Shown here: piece after piece, positions 11,666-23,126 of the stretch
How positions within the stretch are numbered: the first letter of the stretch is position 1
Layout of the letters: each line of letters begins with the position of its first letter
Assembly: GCA_024704765.1 (NCBI GenBank)
Contig: JAKMXF010000354.1
Coordinates: 605,690 to 669,689, forward strand
DNA from: Oopsacas minuta
Lineage: Eukaryota > Animalia > Porifera
Reading direction: 5' to 3'
DNA length: 64,000 bases
Notes under the pieces: generated by a model
Told to the model about the DNA's origin: nothing
Databases searched by the model: none
Seen by the model: only the letters and a program-made list of their open reading frames with translations
Made by a program: the position numbers and the translations under genes

Positions 11666-12925
11666 ATGAAGAGAGAATGTGATACTGGTATGGGTTATAT
11701 TCCATCTGATTCCTGTTATCGGAGAGAACTCAACAAACTAGAGAGAGACTTTGAGAAGAAGAACAGAGAAATTATAGACAAACTGAAGAATGAATCTAAC
11801 TTAACAATAACCGCAATAGAAGATAGCATAATAGCTATGAATAAAATATCTGAAATACTCAGAACAGTTAGATACGAATTTGAAGAGAGAACTCGATTGA
11901 GAGATGAAGCTTGTTGGCTACAACAAAACTTTTCCAAACACTCATCTCGATCTACACACACTATTAATGAACGTGTACAAGCTCTGAATCACGAGTTATT
12001 AGCCTATATGAGATTACCTACACCGCATTTACATCTGGACTGGACGACTAGTAATAATTGTACACTTCACACTACTTATAATCCTTATACCTTCAAGTCC
12101 CGACCTATCTGGGCTGTGTCGTCACAGGGGCGTCCTCAGCATCAGCTGTTAAGACCACATTCCTTAACAATTGATCCTGGAAATGGGAATATTTACGTGG
12201 CGGATATTGAAACAGATCGGATTCAAGTATTTGACTCAGAAGGTGGCTATCTTAAATCTTTTCGTAACGAATCTCTTGATCTTCCTGCTTATCTCGTTAT
12301 ATATGAAAAGTATTTGTTTGTACGTTGTTTTGAGAGATTAGTGAGGTTAGATAAGAAATCTGGTGATGAAGTTATGACGCTAGAATTGGAAGATAGATTG
12401 AAGGGTTTGGCAGTAGACACACAAGGATATATTTATTCCTGTGATTCAGCTTCCAATATTGTATTCAGATTTTCTCCATTTCTAGAGCAACAAGATTCGA
12501 TACAATACAAACCATATACCCATTCATTTCAACAGAACAGATCAGGGTCTGTGAGGGGATCTAGGAAACCTAGAGACCTTAAACTGGTAAATAATTCCTT
12601 CTATATACTCTTTGGAGATTCTCCTTATCCAATACAAAGCTTCACTAAGGAGGGTAGGTTCTTGAAGTGTGTAGTTTCGCGAGAGCAAATGGAAGCAGCT
12701 TACCATTTCCTCTCTCTAGATATGTTTGGTAACATACTCGTTACTAGTCCTTATGTACAGAAAATTAAAGTATTCTCTAATCAAGGAGATCTCCTCAGTT
12801 ACATCGGGACACCTGGACGTAATCAACCAGGGGAGCTGCTGACACCTAGAGGGGTAGCTGTTGGACCTCTAGGACAAGTTGTTATATGTGATGAGAAAGT
12901 TAACAATTGTCTCCAATCATTCTGA
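11666..12925 (+). CDS. Coiled-coil + NHL-repeat beta-propeller protein (TRIM-NHL-like, no RING or B-box)
   Basis: N-terminal helical region, then NHL repeats (LLRPHSLTIDPGNGNIYVADIETDRIQVF; ELLTPRGVAVGPLGQVVICDEKVNNCLQSF). Confidence 0.85.
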   Translation: MKRECDTGMGYIPSDSCYRRELNKLERDFEKKNREIIDKLKNESNLTITAIEDSIIAMNKISEILRTVRYEFEERTRLRDEACWLQQNFSKHSSRSTHTINERVQALNHELLAYMRLPTPHLHLDWTTSNNCTLHTTYNPYTFKSRPIWAVSSQGRPQHQLLRPHSLTIDPGNGNIYVADIETDRIQVFDSEGGYLKSFRNESLDLPAYLVIYEKYLFVRCFERLVRLDKKSGDEVMTLELEDRLKGLAVDTQGYIYSCDSASNIVFRFSPFLEQQDSIQYKPYTHSFQQNRSGSVRGSRKPRDLKLVNNSFYILFGDSPYPIQSFTKEGRFLKCVVSREQMEAAYHFLSLDMFGNILVTSPYVQKIKVFSNQGDLLSYIGTPGRNQPGELLTPRGVAVGPLGQVVICDEKVNNCLQSF

Positions 12926-13330
12926 GCTTCTTGCTTGTGAATTCATTATGATAATTATTCACTTGTCTGTATGCTGCATTGTTTCAATGTGAGATACAAA
13001 GTAGTAGCATGCTTTATCACAATATAGTTATAGTGATCTCATGGAATGGGTATGAGACTTATAAAGCGAATACATCATTATATTTGGCCTGTAAACTAGA
13101 CATTGTTCCAATCTTTGTATATAGTACACACGTTTTTCTTTATTCTGGAATCCCATTCAGCTTACCTGTATAGAAGTTGAATTTCCAGAATCTTTATAGA
13201 TATTGGTATGCATTATGGATATTTAGGAACAGATCTATAAGATCTCATAGATAATGACAATCGTATAAATACCTTGTAATTGCTTTATTAACTTATTTCT
13301 GTTATAACTAGCAACTTCACTTCATAGATC

Positions 13331-14389
13331 ATGCAATTCGTACTTCTGTTAGCGCTGACATGCCTGACTACTGCTCTCTGCTCTCCTCTTATTGCCCTGG
13401 AGTCTGCTCAAAATACTACAATCAAAATAGCACAGGATGTCCTGGAGATAACACGTGGGGTAGCTGACCTGGAGGAACTACTTGAGGAGTGGGAGATGTG
13501 GAAGATGAAACATTCTAAAATCTACACTGATATATACAAAGAGTTCTACCGTCTCAAGATATGGAGTGATAACATACGATATATTCAGAAGCATAATGCT
13601 GATACTACTCACTCCCACAAACTGGGAGCTAATCGATTTGCAGATCTCACACAGGCTGAATATTCAAATCTCTATCTGAGTGAATTCTCCCCCTCTCTAA
13701 CTGGCGCTAAATTCTTGGAGCCGAGCAATCTGTTGGTACCAGACTGCGTGGATTGGAGAGAGAAGGGATATGTGACTGATGTTAAGAACCAGGAAGCATG
13801 TGGTTCCTGTTGGTCTTTCTCTACTACTGGCTCTCTAGAAGGACAACATTTTAGAAAGACGAATAAACTGGTCTCTCTATCAGAGCAGAACTTGATTGAC
13901 TGTTCAGGTAGCTACGGAAATAAGGGATGTAACGGAGGAGTGATGGATTATGCTTTTGCTTACATTAAGAAAAACGGAGGAATTGATACAGAAGCTGATT
14001 ACCCCTATGTAGCAGATCAAACTGATTGTCAGTACAAGTCTGATGCATCTGGTGCTACACTAAGAGATTGGGTAGATATTAATTCAGAAAATGAGACTCA
14101 GCTGTTGATAGCGGTAGCTTCTCAGGGACCCATCTCTGTAGCTATTGATGCTAGTCACTCTTCTTTCCAGCTGTATGAGAGTGGGGTATATGCAGAGCCT
14201 GATTGTAGCTCTAGTGAGCTGGATCATGGAGTATTGGTGGTAGGCTACGGAATAGAAGATGGAGTCAAGTATTGGTTAGTTAAGAACAGCTGGGGAGCAT
14301 CCTGGGGGGAGGATGGGTACATTAAGATGACCCGTGGTGCCGACAATCAGTGTGGCATCTCTACAATGGCATCTTATCCAGTTGTGTAA
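13331..14389 (+). CDS. CTSL: Cathepsin L-like cysteine protease (preproenzyme)
   Basis: Signal peptide, ERFNIN-type prodomain (E..R..IW..N...I...N), GANRFAD, and catalytic [21 protein letters not shown]. Confidence 0.95.
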   Translation: MQFVLLLALTCLTTALCSPLIALESAQNTTIKIAQDVLEITRGVADLEELLEEWEMWKMKHSKIYTDIYKEFYRLKIWSDNIRYIQKHNADTTHSHKLGANRFADLTQAEYSNLYLSEFSPSLTGAKFLEPSNLLVPDCVDWREKGYVTDVKNQEACGSCWSFSTTGSLEGQHFRKTNKLVSLSEQNLIDCSGSYGNKGCNGGVMDYAFAYIKKNGGIDTEADYPYVADQTDCQYKSDASGATLRDWVDINSENETQLLIAVASQGPISVAIDASHSSFQLYESGVYAEPDCSSSELDHGVLVVGYGIEDGVKYWLVKNSWGASWGEDGYIKMTRGADNQCGISTMASYPVV

Positions 14390-14595
14390 CACGCTACCCG
14401 ATCTCTTACTAATTACTACAATTATCCTTGAACTAGTTAGCACTGTACTCTTTTACTTAATTTAATTGTGTGTTCTATTAATACTCTCATTTCTGCAGAA
14501 TTATTGTTATTAAATTACAATAGGGCTAGCTGATATACTTTATTAACCATATATTTATAACAATAGTACATCTTATTAACTGCTAGCGATTTAGT

Positions 14596-15429
14596 ATGAA
14601 CTTTATTTCTGCTCTAGATTTCTCTAAAGATCATCTGGAATCAAAACTTGTTCGTTCCTTCGATAAATATACTCTGAAACAGCCCCGAGGAATCGCATCG
14701 CATTTCCCTCTTCAACTTTTATTTGTTTCAGATGGAGAGAATAATTCAATAATTGTGTTCGATGTCACTCTCCAATTTATAACTCGGTTCAAATTTAATG
14801 GTATGGTAGAGCCATGGAATATCTGTTTCAATAACGATTATGAGATTCTATATGTCATATGTGATCATGGGATAATCAGATTCAATGGTGATTATCCAAT
14901 GTTTTGCAAACCTGGTTTCGAGCTACGAGGTTGTGCCGTGTATAATGATAGAGTATTCAGTGCAGCTTGTTATCTAAACCAAATTCATGAATTTGATAAA
15001 GATATGACAATAATTTCTAATATTCAACCAGATGTGAAAGATCGGAAAGAGACGACATTAATCATTGATTTTGTAATCTGCAATGAATGTTTATTTCTAC
15101 TTTTCATTAATTGTCCATGTCAACTTCAAGTATTTGATTTCAATGGTAAATTCTTAAATTATTTTTTCGATAATATATCACTCAGGACTCCTCTATTCCT
15201 TACACACTATCTTAATAGAATTTATATCAGTCAGAGAGATCGACCTGAAGTTGCCTGTGTTAAATTGGAAGATGATGATACTCATATATTCACCCTCTCT
15301 ATAAAGAAAAGAGGAATAAGGAATAATGGCGAATGGAAGATAAAGTCTCCGTATAGACCATGTGGGATTTTTTATGGCATTGAGTTCAGCCCTGTTTATA
15401 ATTGTCTAATTATGTGTGAGATGTTATAA
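14596..15429 (+). CDS. Divergent NHL-like beta-propeller protein
   Basis: LLFVSDGENNSIIVFDVTLQFITRFKFNGMVEPWNICF and later LQVFDFNGKFL repeats resemble degenerate NHL blades; 277-aa ORF. Confidence 0.65.
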   Translation: MNFISALDFSKDHLESKLVRSFDKYTLKQPRGIASHFPLQLLFVSDGENNSIIVFDVTLQFITRFKFNGMVEPWNICFNNDYEILYVICDHGIIRFNGDYPMFCKPGFELRGCAVYNDRVFSAACYLNQIHEFDKDMTIISNIQPDVKDRKETTLIIDFVICNECLFLLFINCPCQLQVFDFNGKFLNYFFDNISLRTPLFLTHYLNRIYISQRDRPEVACVKLEDDDTHIFTLSIKKRGIRNNGEWKIKSPYRPCGIFYGIEFSPVYNCLIMCEML

Positions 15430-15670
15430 CATTTTATTTCTGAATCCTATGCAACTGTAGTATATTTCACACTTAATAAAAGGGCTCAGATATTATTTCT
15501 CCATGTAATAGTCAGTAGCAGAACTGAACAAAGATATCTTCATTGCCTCTGATTTATACATCAGCTAGCTATTCAACTAATAACAACCTATCCTCTATTG
15601 CTTATGGGCCTTTATTAGTTAATTATAACCTTGAATGTAGTTCCCCCATTTAGCCTATTATTTATTTATT

Positions 15671-17032
15671 ATGGTTTTCGAGTATGCTTGCTTTTTGGTC
15701 TTGTTTTTACAACCAGCACTCACAACTATACCATTTGATCCTTATGAAGATAAATCCCTATTCTCTATATCCTGGATACATCCTAATGATGTATCTGATA
15801 TGGTATCACTTCTCTCGTCTCGTTACGAGCGATTGGAGATGAGAACAAGTGCTAATGAGGCGTATACTTGTTACATTCCCTTATCCCCCTACACTCCAGA
15901 AGAGGAAGGGCTAGAACAGTCTAGAGAAGACAGTATTTATTTCTCAGAAATACTCCAGCCCTTCTTCTTGACAGAGAGATGTCACTACCGAGTTGAAGGC
16001 TACTGGACATATGAAATTTGTCATAATAAGCATTTGAGTCAATATCATAAAGATGAGACCAAGGGTGAGAAATTGGGTGCTGTTTCATCTGATTACTTCC
16101 TCGGGTATTTTGACACACCCCCTGACCATTTCAACATTATTCCTCTACCTCGTATATCCTTTAACGGTCTATCCCTCCCCTACTATGAAGTTCTGTTAGG
16201 TAGGGGGTCATCCTGTGATTTGTTAGGTGGAAGAGCCCGTGAAGCGTCTGTCAAATATATTTGTAATCCAAATGGTGAACACAATGAATTCCTGCAGATA
16301 GAAGAGATCAGTACTTGTTTCTATTCAATTATATTTGGTACTAGTTTCCTATGTAGATTAGATGTATTCAACACAAATCAGTTAATATCTGAGGAGATAC
16401 AGTGTATTGCAGAGATAGAAACAGCTGGTATAGGTGAGCCTATATCAGCTACAGCTGTTAAACAGGAGAGTATTCAATATGAAGGATTTTCCGCCAGGAA
16501 GAGACCCGTTGAAATGGAATACTCTGATGGAATTCCTTTCAAACAAACGAAGAGATTAAAGGTTGATAATATGGCAGAACGGTTCCTAGCTGGGGAGATA
16601 TGTTTACAAGGGGGGACTTCAGGCTGGTGGAAGTATGAGTTCTGTTACAAAGACTATGTTAGACAGTTTCATGAAGACAAAACAACTTCACAAGAGATTG
16701 TTCTGGGAATTTGGGATGAGAAGGCACATATAAAATGGTTTGAAGAGAACGAATCCTCCAGTAAGTTAGTGTCTCAAAGCACAGTACTACACTACTATAT
16801 TGGTGGAGAGATGTGTCAGGCAACTGGAAAAGCACGCGCTGTTGTTGTTAAAATGAAATGTTTGTTGTCCGGCAGTATGGAACAGGTTGCATTATATCTG
16901 GAAGAGCCTAGAGTATGTGAATATCAGCTGACTGTAGAGTCTAATTTGTTCTGTGATATGATAAGAAACATTGGAGATTATGGTTTGTTTCAATACAAAA
17001 AGAAAGTAGAAAAGGAGAAAGAACAATTTTAA
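15671..17032 (+). CDS. ERLEC1: Endoplasmic reticulum lectin 1 (XTP3-B), two MRH domains
   Basis: Signal peptide; CHYRVEGYWTYEICHNKHLSQYH and GWWKYEFCYKDYVRQFH; EEPRVCEYQLTVES. Confidence 0.92.
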   Translation: MVFEYACFLVLFLQPALTTIPFDPYEDKSLFSISWIHPNDVSDMVSLLSSRYERLEMRTSANEAYTCYIPLSPYTPEEEGLEQSREDSIYFSEILQPFFLTERCHYRVEGYWTYEICHNKHLSQYHKDETKGEKLGAVSSDYFLGYFDTPPDHFNIIPLPRISFNGLSLPYYEVLLGRGSSCDLLGGRAREASVKYICNPNGEHNEFLQIEEISTCFYSIIFGTSFLCRLDVFNTNQLISEEIQCIAEIETAGIGEPISATAVKQESIQYEGFSARKRPVEMEYSDGIPFKQTKRLKVDNMAERFLAGEICLQGGTSGWWKYEFCYKDYVRQFHEDKTTSQEIVLGIWDEKAHIKWFEENESSSKLVSQSTVLHYYIGGEMCQATGKARAVVVKMKCLLSGSMEQVALYLEEPRVCEYQLTVESNLFCDMIRNIGDYGLFQYKKKVEKEKEQF

Positions 17033-17145
17033 TTAGCTATTGGTATATTGTGTGTGCTTTAATATTTCTCTCTAATAATATTCTGAATTGACTTTATGAG
17101 CATTTATACGTGTATGACTTATGATGTGTTTGCTGTTAGAATTGA

Positions 17146-18345
17146 ATGGCAGAAGCACAAAATTCTACAAACGAAGCTACAGATAACCTTGTAGAGGATC
17201 AACCTAGTAGTAGAACAGTTCCACAAACAGAGATACCTGATACACCAGCTGATATGCCAGCTGGTGACAAGGGAGAAGGAGATGAACAAGGTAAGGAAAT
17301 GGATTCTGAAGATTCTCAGGAATCCCCTGATGAGGGTGATCTAGAGGATAGTAAGCATGAAATACTAGATCCAGAACAGCTTGAGGAGAGATTAGGAGAG
17401 GCTAGAAAGGCTGTTATAGTAAGCCGTTACGAGGATGCTATGCAACTTCTACCATCCTGTCTCGCTACTATAACAGATAAAGAAGGAGAATTATCCGTTA
17501 AATTAGCAGAACCACACTATCTTTATGGCAAGAGCATGTTTGAGTGTGCTCGAATTAATACAGGAGTTCTTGGCGAGGGAGTCTTGAAAGATAAACACAC
17601 TCACAGTAAGGGAGAGGAGAGTAGTGATGATAATGTGGAGACTACTGACGAGGTTACTGAAACAGAACCGAATAACTTTGAAGTAGCCTGGGAGAATCTA
17701 GAAGTTAGCAGAGTTATCTGTTCGAAAGCATTAGAACTTAATAGCTCAGATATAGAGGTAGCGAACATTTTGTTGGAAGTATTGACTTGTCTTGCAGAGT
17801 TACAAATTGAGACAGGTTGTTATGAAAAAGCAGCAGCTGATTTTGAAGAATGTCTACAGCTGTTAGGAAAGTACCCTGACATATCTACACTGAAACTTGT
17901 TGGTGCGACACATTTTAGTATTGGCATGGCTTTATCTTTAGCTGGAGATTATCAGCTGGCTGTAGAAGCATTAACAAGATCACTGGATGCACTAACTAAG
18001 TTGTTAGGAGAGAGTGAGGGCAGTGAAGCTAGTTCTCTACAAGAACTGATTGATGATATTAAGCCGAGATTAGCTGAAGCTATTGACCAAACTAGAGAGA
18101 AAATTGAGCAAATGAAACAGGGATCTGAATCTGATAAACCTACCAACAGCTCTAACGGTGATAAAGATGCTAAAGTAATTCTTAAACCTGTTAGTATTGA
18201 CTTAGAATCTGTAAAGGTTAACGATATTTCACACCTTGTGAGAAAGAAGCGATCTGTGGAGGAGGTGACAAGTGGACCTGTAGGTGAGGCCACGAGTCCA
18301 AAAAAAGCTAAGAAGGAACAGGAAGTGAATGCTCTTAATCCTTAA
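17146..18345 (+). CDS. NASP: NASP/Sim3 histone chaperone
   Basis: LAEPHYLYGKSMFECARINTGVLG, NFEVAWENLEVSR (SHNi-TPR), basic C-terminus ISHLVRKKR. Confidence 0.9.
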   Translation: MAEAQNSTNEATDNLVEDQPSSRTVPQTEIPDTPADMPAGDKGEGDEQGKEMDSEDSQESPDEGDLEDSKHEILDPEQLEERLGEARKAVIVSRYEDAMQLLPSCLATITDKEGELSVKLAEPHYLYGKSMFECARINTGVLGEGVLKDKHTHSKGEESSDDNVETTDEVTETEPNNFEVAWENLEVSRVICSKALELNSSDIEVANILLEVLTCLAELQIETGCYEKAAADFEECLQLLGKYPDISTLKLVGATHFSIGMALSLAGDYQLAVEALTRSLDALTKLLGESEGSEASSLQELIDDIKPRLAEAIDQTREKIEQMKQGSESDKPTNSSNGDKDAKVILKPVSIDLESVKVNDISHLVRKKRSVEEVTSGPVGEATSPKKAKKEQEVNALNP

Positions 18346-19506
18346 AAATCAGCAGTTACAACTTTTCAATTTATAAATTAAATATTCAAGTGATCTTAGC
18401 TCTGATAGAGATTGTTACATTTCAGAAATTGAACTTTACAACGATAATTTTGGTTAATATTGTTTTACTTGCAATAAATTGCTTATTATTCATTTTGATA
18501 ATACAAAAGACTTAGCCTCCAGACCCCCAGGTACCCGAACTTGGCGCCATGTGTCTCAGTACGACGAGACTAGATTGTTGATAGAATGCGTATTACAAAT
18601 ATCTAACATATGTTGTCAACCTACATATAAATTTGAGTTAGACTGACCAGACTTTGTTAATTCATTAATACGTACGGATGCAGCAACAAGTACAAAAGTG
18701 TTGAGTTTAAAATAGCTGAAATCATCCACTCCATTTTAGTGTGCCACGTAAATATTAAGCTGCAGAGCAATTTACTAGTTGACGTCATAATTAATAGATA
18801 ATATCAGAAAAATTCTAAAAGTGTTGGTATTTCATCAGGTTATCTGTTTGCAATTATTGGTCAGGTATTTTTGTATGATTTGTGCATTAATTAATTACAA
18901 AAGAAAATAAAAGTTACAGTGTAAAACGTATATACACGAGATGTCAAATTGCAAAAATAAAGTTATAAACGAATATGTATTTGTTATTTACGTAAGCTAT
19001 ACATTATACTTTCAAAGTGTAGGTTCATCACGCAAATTTCAGTTCAATAATTTCTTCTCTCTCTTACATATTTAACGTTGGAATATGGCCATGTGGCATG
19101 TCCATAAGGAATGTATGTTACGTAAACAATCTCATCACAAAATCGACATATTTTCAATTGAACTTCTTAGCTTAGCAAAGATTCTAATTAATGAAATGAT
19201 TTTCAGCTTTCAGTTACTTCCTGTGACCTGGATCGCTAGAATTTTAAATTTGGTGAAAGTGGAACATTACTGGCTTGAATTACTTCAAAGAATTCATAAT
19301 TGACTTAAACCATATGCCATATAACAACTGCGCTTTTGTGGTATTTGTGGATACCTTATATTTGATTTTATACAGCCATTTATCTACATTTTTCATTAGG
19401 GATATTTTATGTTTACATAGCATTTTTGACATACTACGTTTCTACATTATTTTATTGTATAGTTACAGGAATATTTGATTTCTTAGTATAATATATCACA
19501 GAATAA

Positions 19507-20337
19507 ATGCCTGATGTAGCAGTTGATCCGCTTACTACTGCAGTAGATTCATTGCATTCTGCTGGAGAGATGCTCTTAGAAATTGATCCTAAAATACACT
19601 TTATAATACATTCTATACTTGTTGCGTATAAGATAAGACAAAGTGAGAAAGAAAGTAGATTATTCGCGTTGAAATACCCCATTGCTTCTTGTGCTACACA
19701 CTTTATAGTCTCTCTCTTCGGTACTATTCTAAGTAACTTTCTGCTCGGCATTCCTGTTATAGGAGTATGCACTAATCCACAAAATTTGTTCTTATCCTTT
19801 TTATGCTGGTATCTCGTGTTCTTCTCTCCATGGGATACAGTTTTCAATCTTCTTAATCTCTTGCCATTAAGGATTATGTTAGAAATTCTACATGAGATTA
19901 AGAGGGCTATTAACGTGCATTTAGGAGTCATACAAGCTGCTAAAGTGTTTCCAGAGGCCTGGACTGTAATGGCTATTATCGGAACCATAAGGGGATCTGG
20001 CACAAACTGGGGTATCACATTCTCCCGTTTGATAACAAACTCTCCTCTCGCTAGAGAACACGAGCTCATCAAATTTGTAGCAGCTACAAGGCTGTGCCTA
20101 ATCATGGGCGTGTTATTTGGCCTGTCACAAGTTGGAAAATTTACCTTTGATCCCCTGGCTATACTCCCTGTGTTGTCTACTGTTATGATAGCTATTAGGC
20201 TGGGATCATTGGTTTATCAATGGGGAGATCCATTCACAAGCATACAAGGAATATTATGGAGACCATTCGTGATATTAATTCAAGAAGAAATTGAATTTGA
20301 AAATTCAGGGAGTAATGAGGTTAGTCAATTTATATAA
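19507..20337 (+). CDS. TMEM38: Trimeric intracellular cation channel (TMEM38A/B family)
   Basis: KYPIASC...LFGTILSNFLLG, YLVFFSP, HEIKRAINVHLGV, GTIRGSG. Confidence 0.9.
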   Translation: MPDVAVDPLTTAVDSLHSAGEMLLEIDPKIHFIIHSILVAYKIRQSEKESRLFALKYPIASCATHFIVSLFGTILSNFLLGIPVIGVCTNPQNLFLSFLCWYLVFFSPWDTVFNLLNLLPLRIMLEILHEIKRAINVHLGVIQAAKVFPEAWTVMAIIGTIRGSGTNWGITFSRLITNSPLAREHELIKFVAATRLCLIMGVLFGLSQVGKFTFDPLAILPVLSTVMIAIRLGSLVYQWGDPFTSIQGILWRPFVILIQEEIEFENSGSNEVSQFI

Positions 20338-20512
20338 ATATTTAATTACTCTATTTCTCTACCGATTTACTTAAATACACGAATAATATATTGTTTTCTA
20401 TTAAAAGTGTATTAAATTATGAATTGCGTTTTAATTCATTGATAAATATAATAGAATTCAATTAAATACATAACTAATTTTTAAACAGTATACGTGTTCT
20501 TTGCTGGTTATA

Positions 20513-21880
20513 TTAGCTAAACACATTTATCAAGTTAGAGCAACATGCTTTTCTTGATCCGTTATCCTTCTCTACATTGAATTCTCTTGATCTTAATAAC
20601 ATAGTAGAATTGTTGCGATGTAGCATCTTGTTAACCTGCTCAACCCACTCGTCCCTCTCCTGTGCAGTCTCTGCACATAAACAGTAGTTTCTCCAGGGTG
20701 TAGTGACTGTGAATGTGAAATCGTTTGGAGGAGAGCGTGTGTATTTCATATGTCCTTTCTCTACTTTGTATCCGTCTATAGAAGTCCCTACATGAAATTC
20801 TCCACTAGCAAAAGGAAATAGCTTGCTCCGAGAATACACTAAATGGTTGTCATAAAGTGTAAACCAGCGTTCCTTCCAACCGTTTAGCTTATCGGGCCCA
20901 GATTTCCATAACCTTCCTGTTTTGAAGAAGATAGGAGCAGCACTGATAATTTCTGTATTTATACGTGAAGGTAGTTTTATTTCAATAGTAGGTGCTGATT
21001 TGCTCATAGTTAGTTTTTGTTGATTTGGTTTTGGTATATGTATTCTCTGTTTAGATCTGGGAATAGCTCCTTGTGCTATGAGAATACAACAATACCATTC
21101 AAAGATTTCTTCTTCTTGCCCACTCGTGAGGAATATATGCTTTATTACTCTCTCTTTCCATCTCGTAGAGCTGCTAAGATTCGCGCTAATTATTTTTTGA
21201 GAATCAGCTCCTCGTAAGCTCTTCCCATACTTCTCTTTCTCCCACGATATTCTGATACAATGCTCCTCAACGGCACCCTCATTAGCCTCTAGCTTTTCTA
21301 TAAACACTTCAGCAGATGCTAGTGGAATAACTTCTTCAGGTTCAAATGCTCCACCTTTCAACAAACATTCTATAACCTGCCTATCTCTGTCTAGCACAAT
21401 ATACTGTAGATTCCATTCATTATCACTGACTTCAGATCTTTTTGATAATATGCCAATCCTTCTACTATCATTTAATGTATTAGCGTAGTCTTCAAATGCG
21501 AATCCTCTGGAGGCATATTTCCTTTTAATATACTGTCTTCTTATAAACATGTTTATCTGTGCTAAGCTCTTCGTATATGAGCTAGGTAGAAACTTTTCAA
21601 ACTCGTCATTTATTTGTTTATTTCCTCCCCGATCCAGAACAGATCTGATGTCTTTTTGAGTCAACTGATCGTCTTCTAATATCTTAATTTCATGGTTTAT
21701 ATTCCCCTTCATGTCCTTATGTGCAAGTCCACACTGACCACACAATAATACACCATATTCTACGTCACAATGAGTAGGATTGTTTGTGTTACAATCAGCA
21801 CACAGGTGGTTATCCTCAAGAGATTGTAGTTCACTTTCGCTCTCAATAAATGCCATATTTAATATTAATATTTGTTGCAT
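20513..21880 (-). CDS. ADAP1: ArfGAP with dual PH domains (centaurin-alpha/ADAP family); catalytic Arg replaced by Lys
   Basis: CX2CX16CX2C zinc finger (CADC...CGQC) and two PH domains; PH2 LWKSGPDKLNGWKERWFTL...FASGEFHVG matches ADAP. The start may be the Met at 21856. ADAP1 versus ADAP2 is not resolvable. Confidence 0.85.
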   Translation of the reverse strand: MQQILILNMAFIESESELQSLEDNHLCADCNTNNPTHCDVEYGVLLCGQCGLAHKDMKGNINHEIKILEDDQLTQKDIRSVLDRGGNKQINDEFEKFLPSSYTKSLAQINMFIRRQYIKRKYASRGFAFEDYANTLNDSRRIGILSKRSEVSDNEWNLQYIVLDRDRQVIECLLKGGAFEPEEVIPLASAEVFIEKLEANEGAVEEHCIRISWEKEKYGKSLRGADSQKIISANLSSSTRWKERVIKHIFLTSGQEEEIFEWYCCILIAQGAIPRSKQRIHIPKPNQQKLTMSKSAPTIEIKLPSRINTEIISAAPIFFKTGRLWKSGPDKLNGWKERWFTLYDNHLVYSRSKLFPFASGEFHVGTSIDGYKVEKGHMKYTRSPPNDFTFTVTTPWRNYCLCAETAQERDEWVEQVNKMLHRNNSTMLLRSREFNVEKDNGSRKACCSNLINVFS

Positions 21881-23126
21881 CTCTGTCTATTTATACTTCT
21901 TGTCATTTCTAACTTCTTATCCTGTCAGTATTAATATTTATGGAGGTATTAGCTTTAAGCAGTACTATTACTATTATCTTACATCAACTTTCAGTATCTC
22001 TATGTTCCGTAATCGTGATAAATATTTGTATTTTCTGCTCTAAATTCTAAAAATACTTTTATAGATAATGTATTATTACCTCATTTTTGTATTTTCTAAT
22101 TCTTACGATGTAGAAAATACCAATTACTTACATGTTTTTCAATGTATAGTATTCTAATTAATTGGGGGATTTTCAGTTAATATTTCAATAATTATTGAAA
22201 TAATTACATAAGTTTTTGGAAAATACCAGCATACTCAGGTTATAATTAAGAAAATTAATACATACTCAAGTTTGGAAAGATGAATATACATCCAGGTCTG
22301 TTGATGGGGCCAGAGAGTCATATGAAGGGTGATAGTTGTTCCCCTGATCCTTTAGGTACACATAAACTTTTAGTAGACAGTCTTAAAATGTCTTGATGAC
22401 CTTAAACTGTCCAAGAGTTAAAGTAATGTTCAGAATGATTTTTCCAATTAATATGCTTACTGTCCTATAATTACTCAGTTTCATTCAATTATTTATAATT
22501 GCAATTTTGTTTACGTAATTCTGATTAAAATGCTTTTGTATTATCAGAATTTGTTTATTTAGGACATCCTCATCTGACTAGATTCTAGTTATCTGTAAAC
22601 AATAACAATGGCAAATAATCCAATATCAAATCATAATAATAATTTCAATAAATTCCACTAATGCTACACACTTAGAGATATGTATATTCCCAACCTATTT
22701 ATCCTTCTTAACCTTATTAGGATGTTCAAGGAGAAGGTCTCCCTAAATTCCGTCCAATATATTCTGAATCAAAAACTCTAATAGACGGAGAACGAGACAG
22801 TGAATCAGATGACATCAGTACTACCTCGAGTAGACATGGGATGCCGACTAGAAGCTTGAAGCAGAAGAAACAATCCTAATGCATTTACATAAGCTCTAGC
22901 ATTGTGATTATACAGTCAGTTCAGTTAAATATTTAGATATATATTGTAGTTATTAATTGTAGTTATTAATTGTGAACTTATTTTGTACTGTGATTTATAT
23001 GATTAGTAAAATAATTATATTTACTGATTATCCTACAATCATCCAATCTTTTTCTATGAAATGTTATTTGGCAATGATATGATTTTTGATGTATAATGTG
23101 AGTTGTGTTCCTTGAGGCTTTTAGTG

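Noticed and set aside
13331-14389. Silicatein (biosilica enzyme) given the likely sponge origin
   Set aside because: The catalytic residue is Cys (CGSCWSF), not the Ser of silicateins, and SSSELDHG is ordinary cathepsin L sequence.
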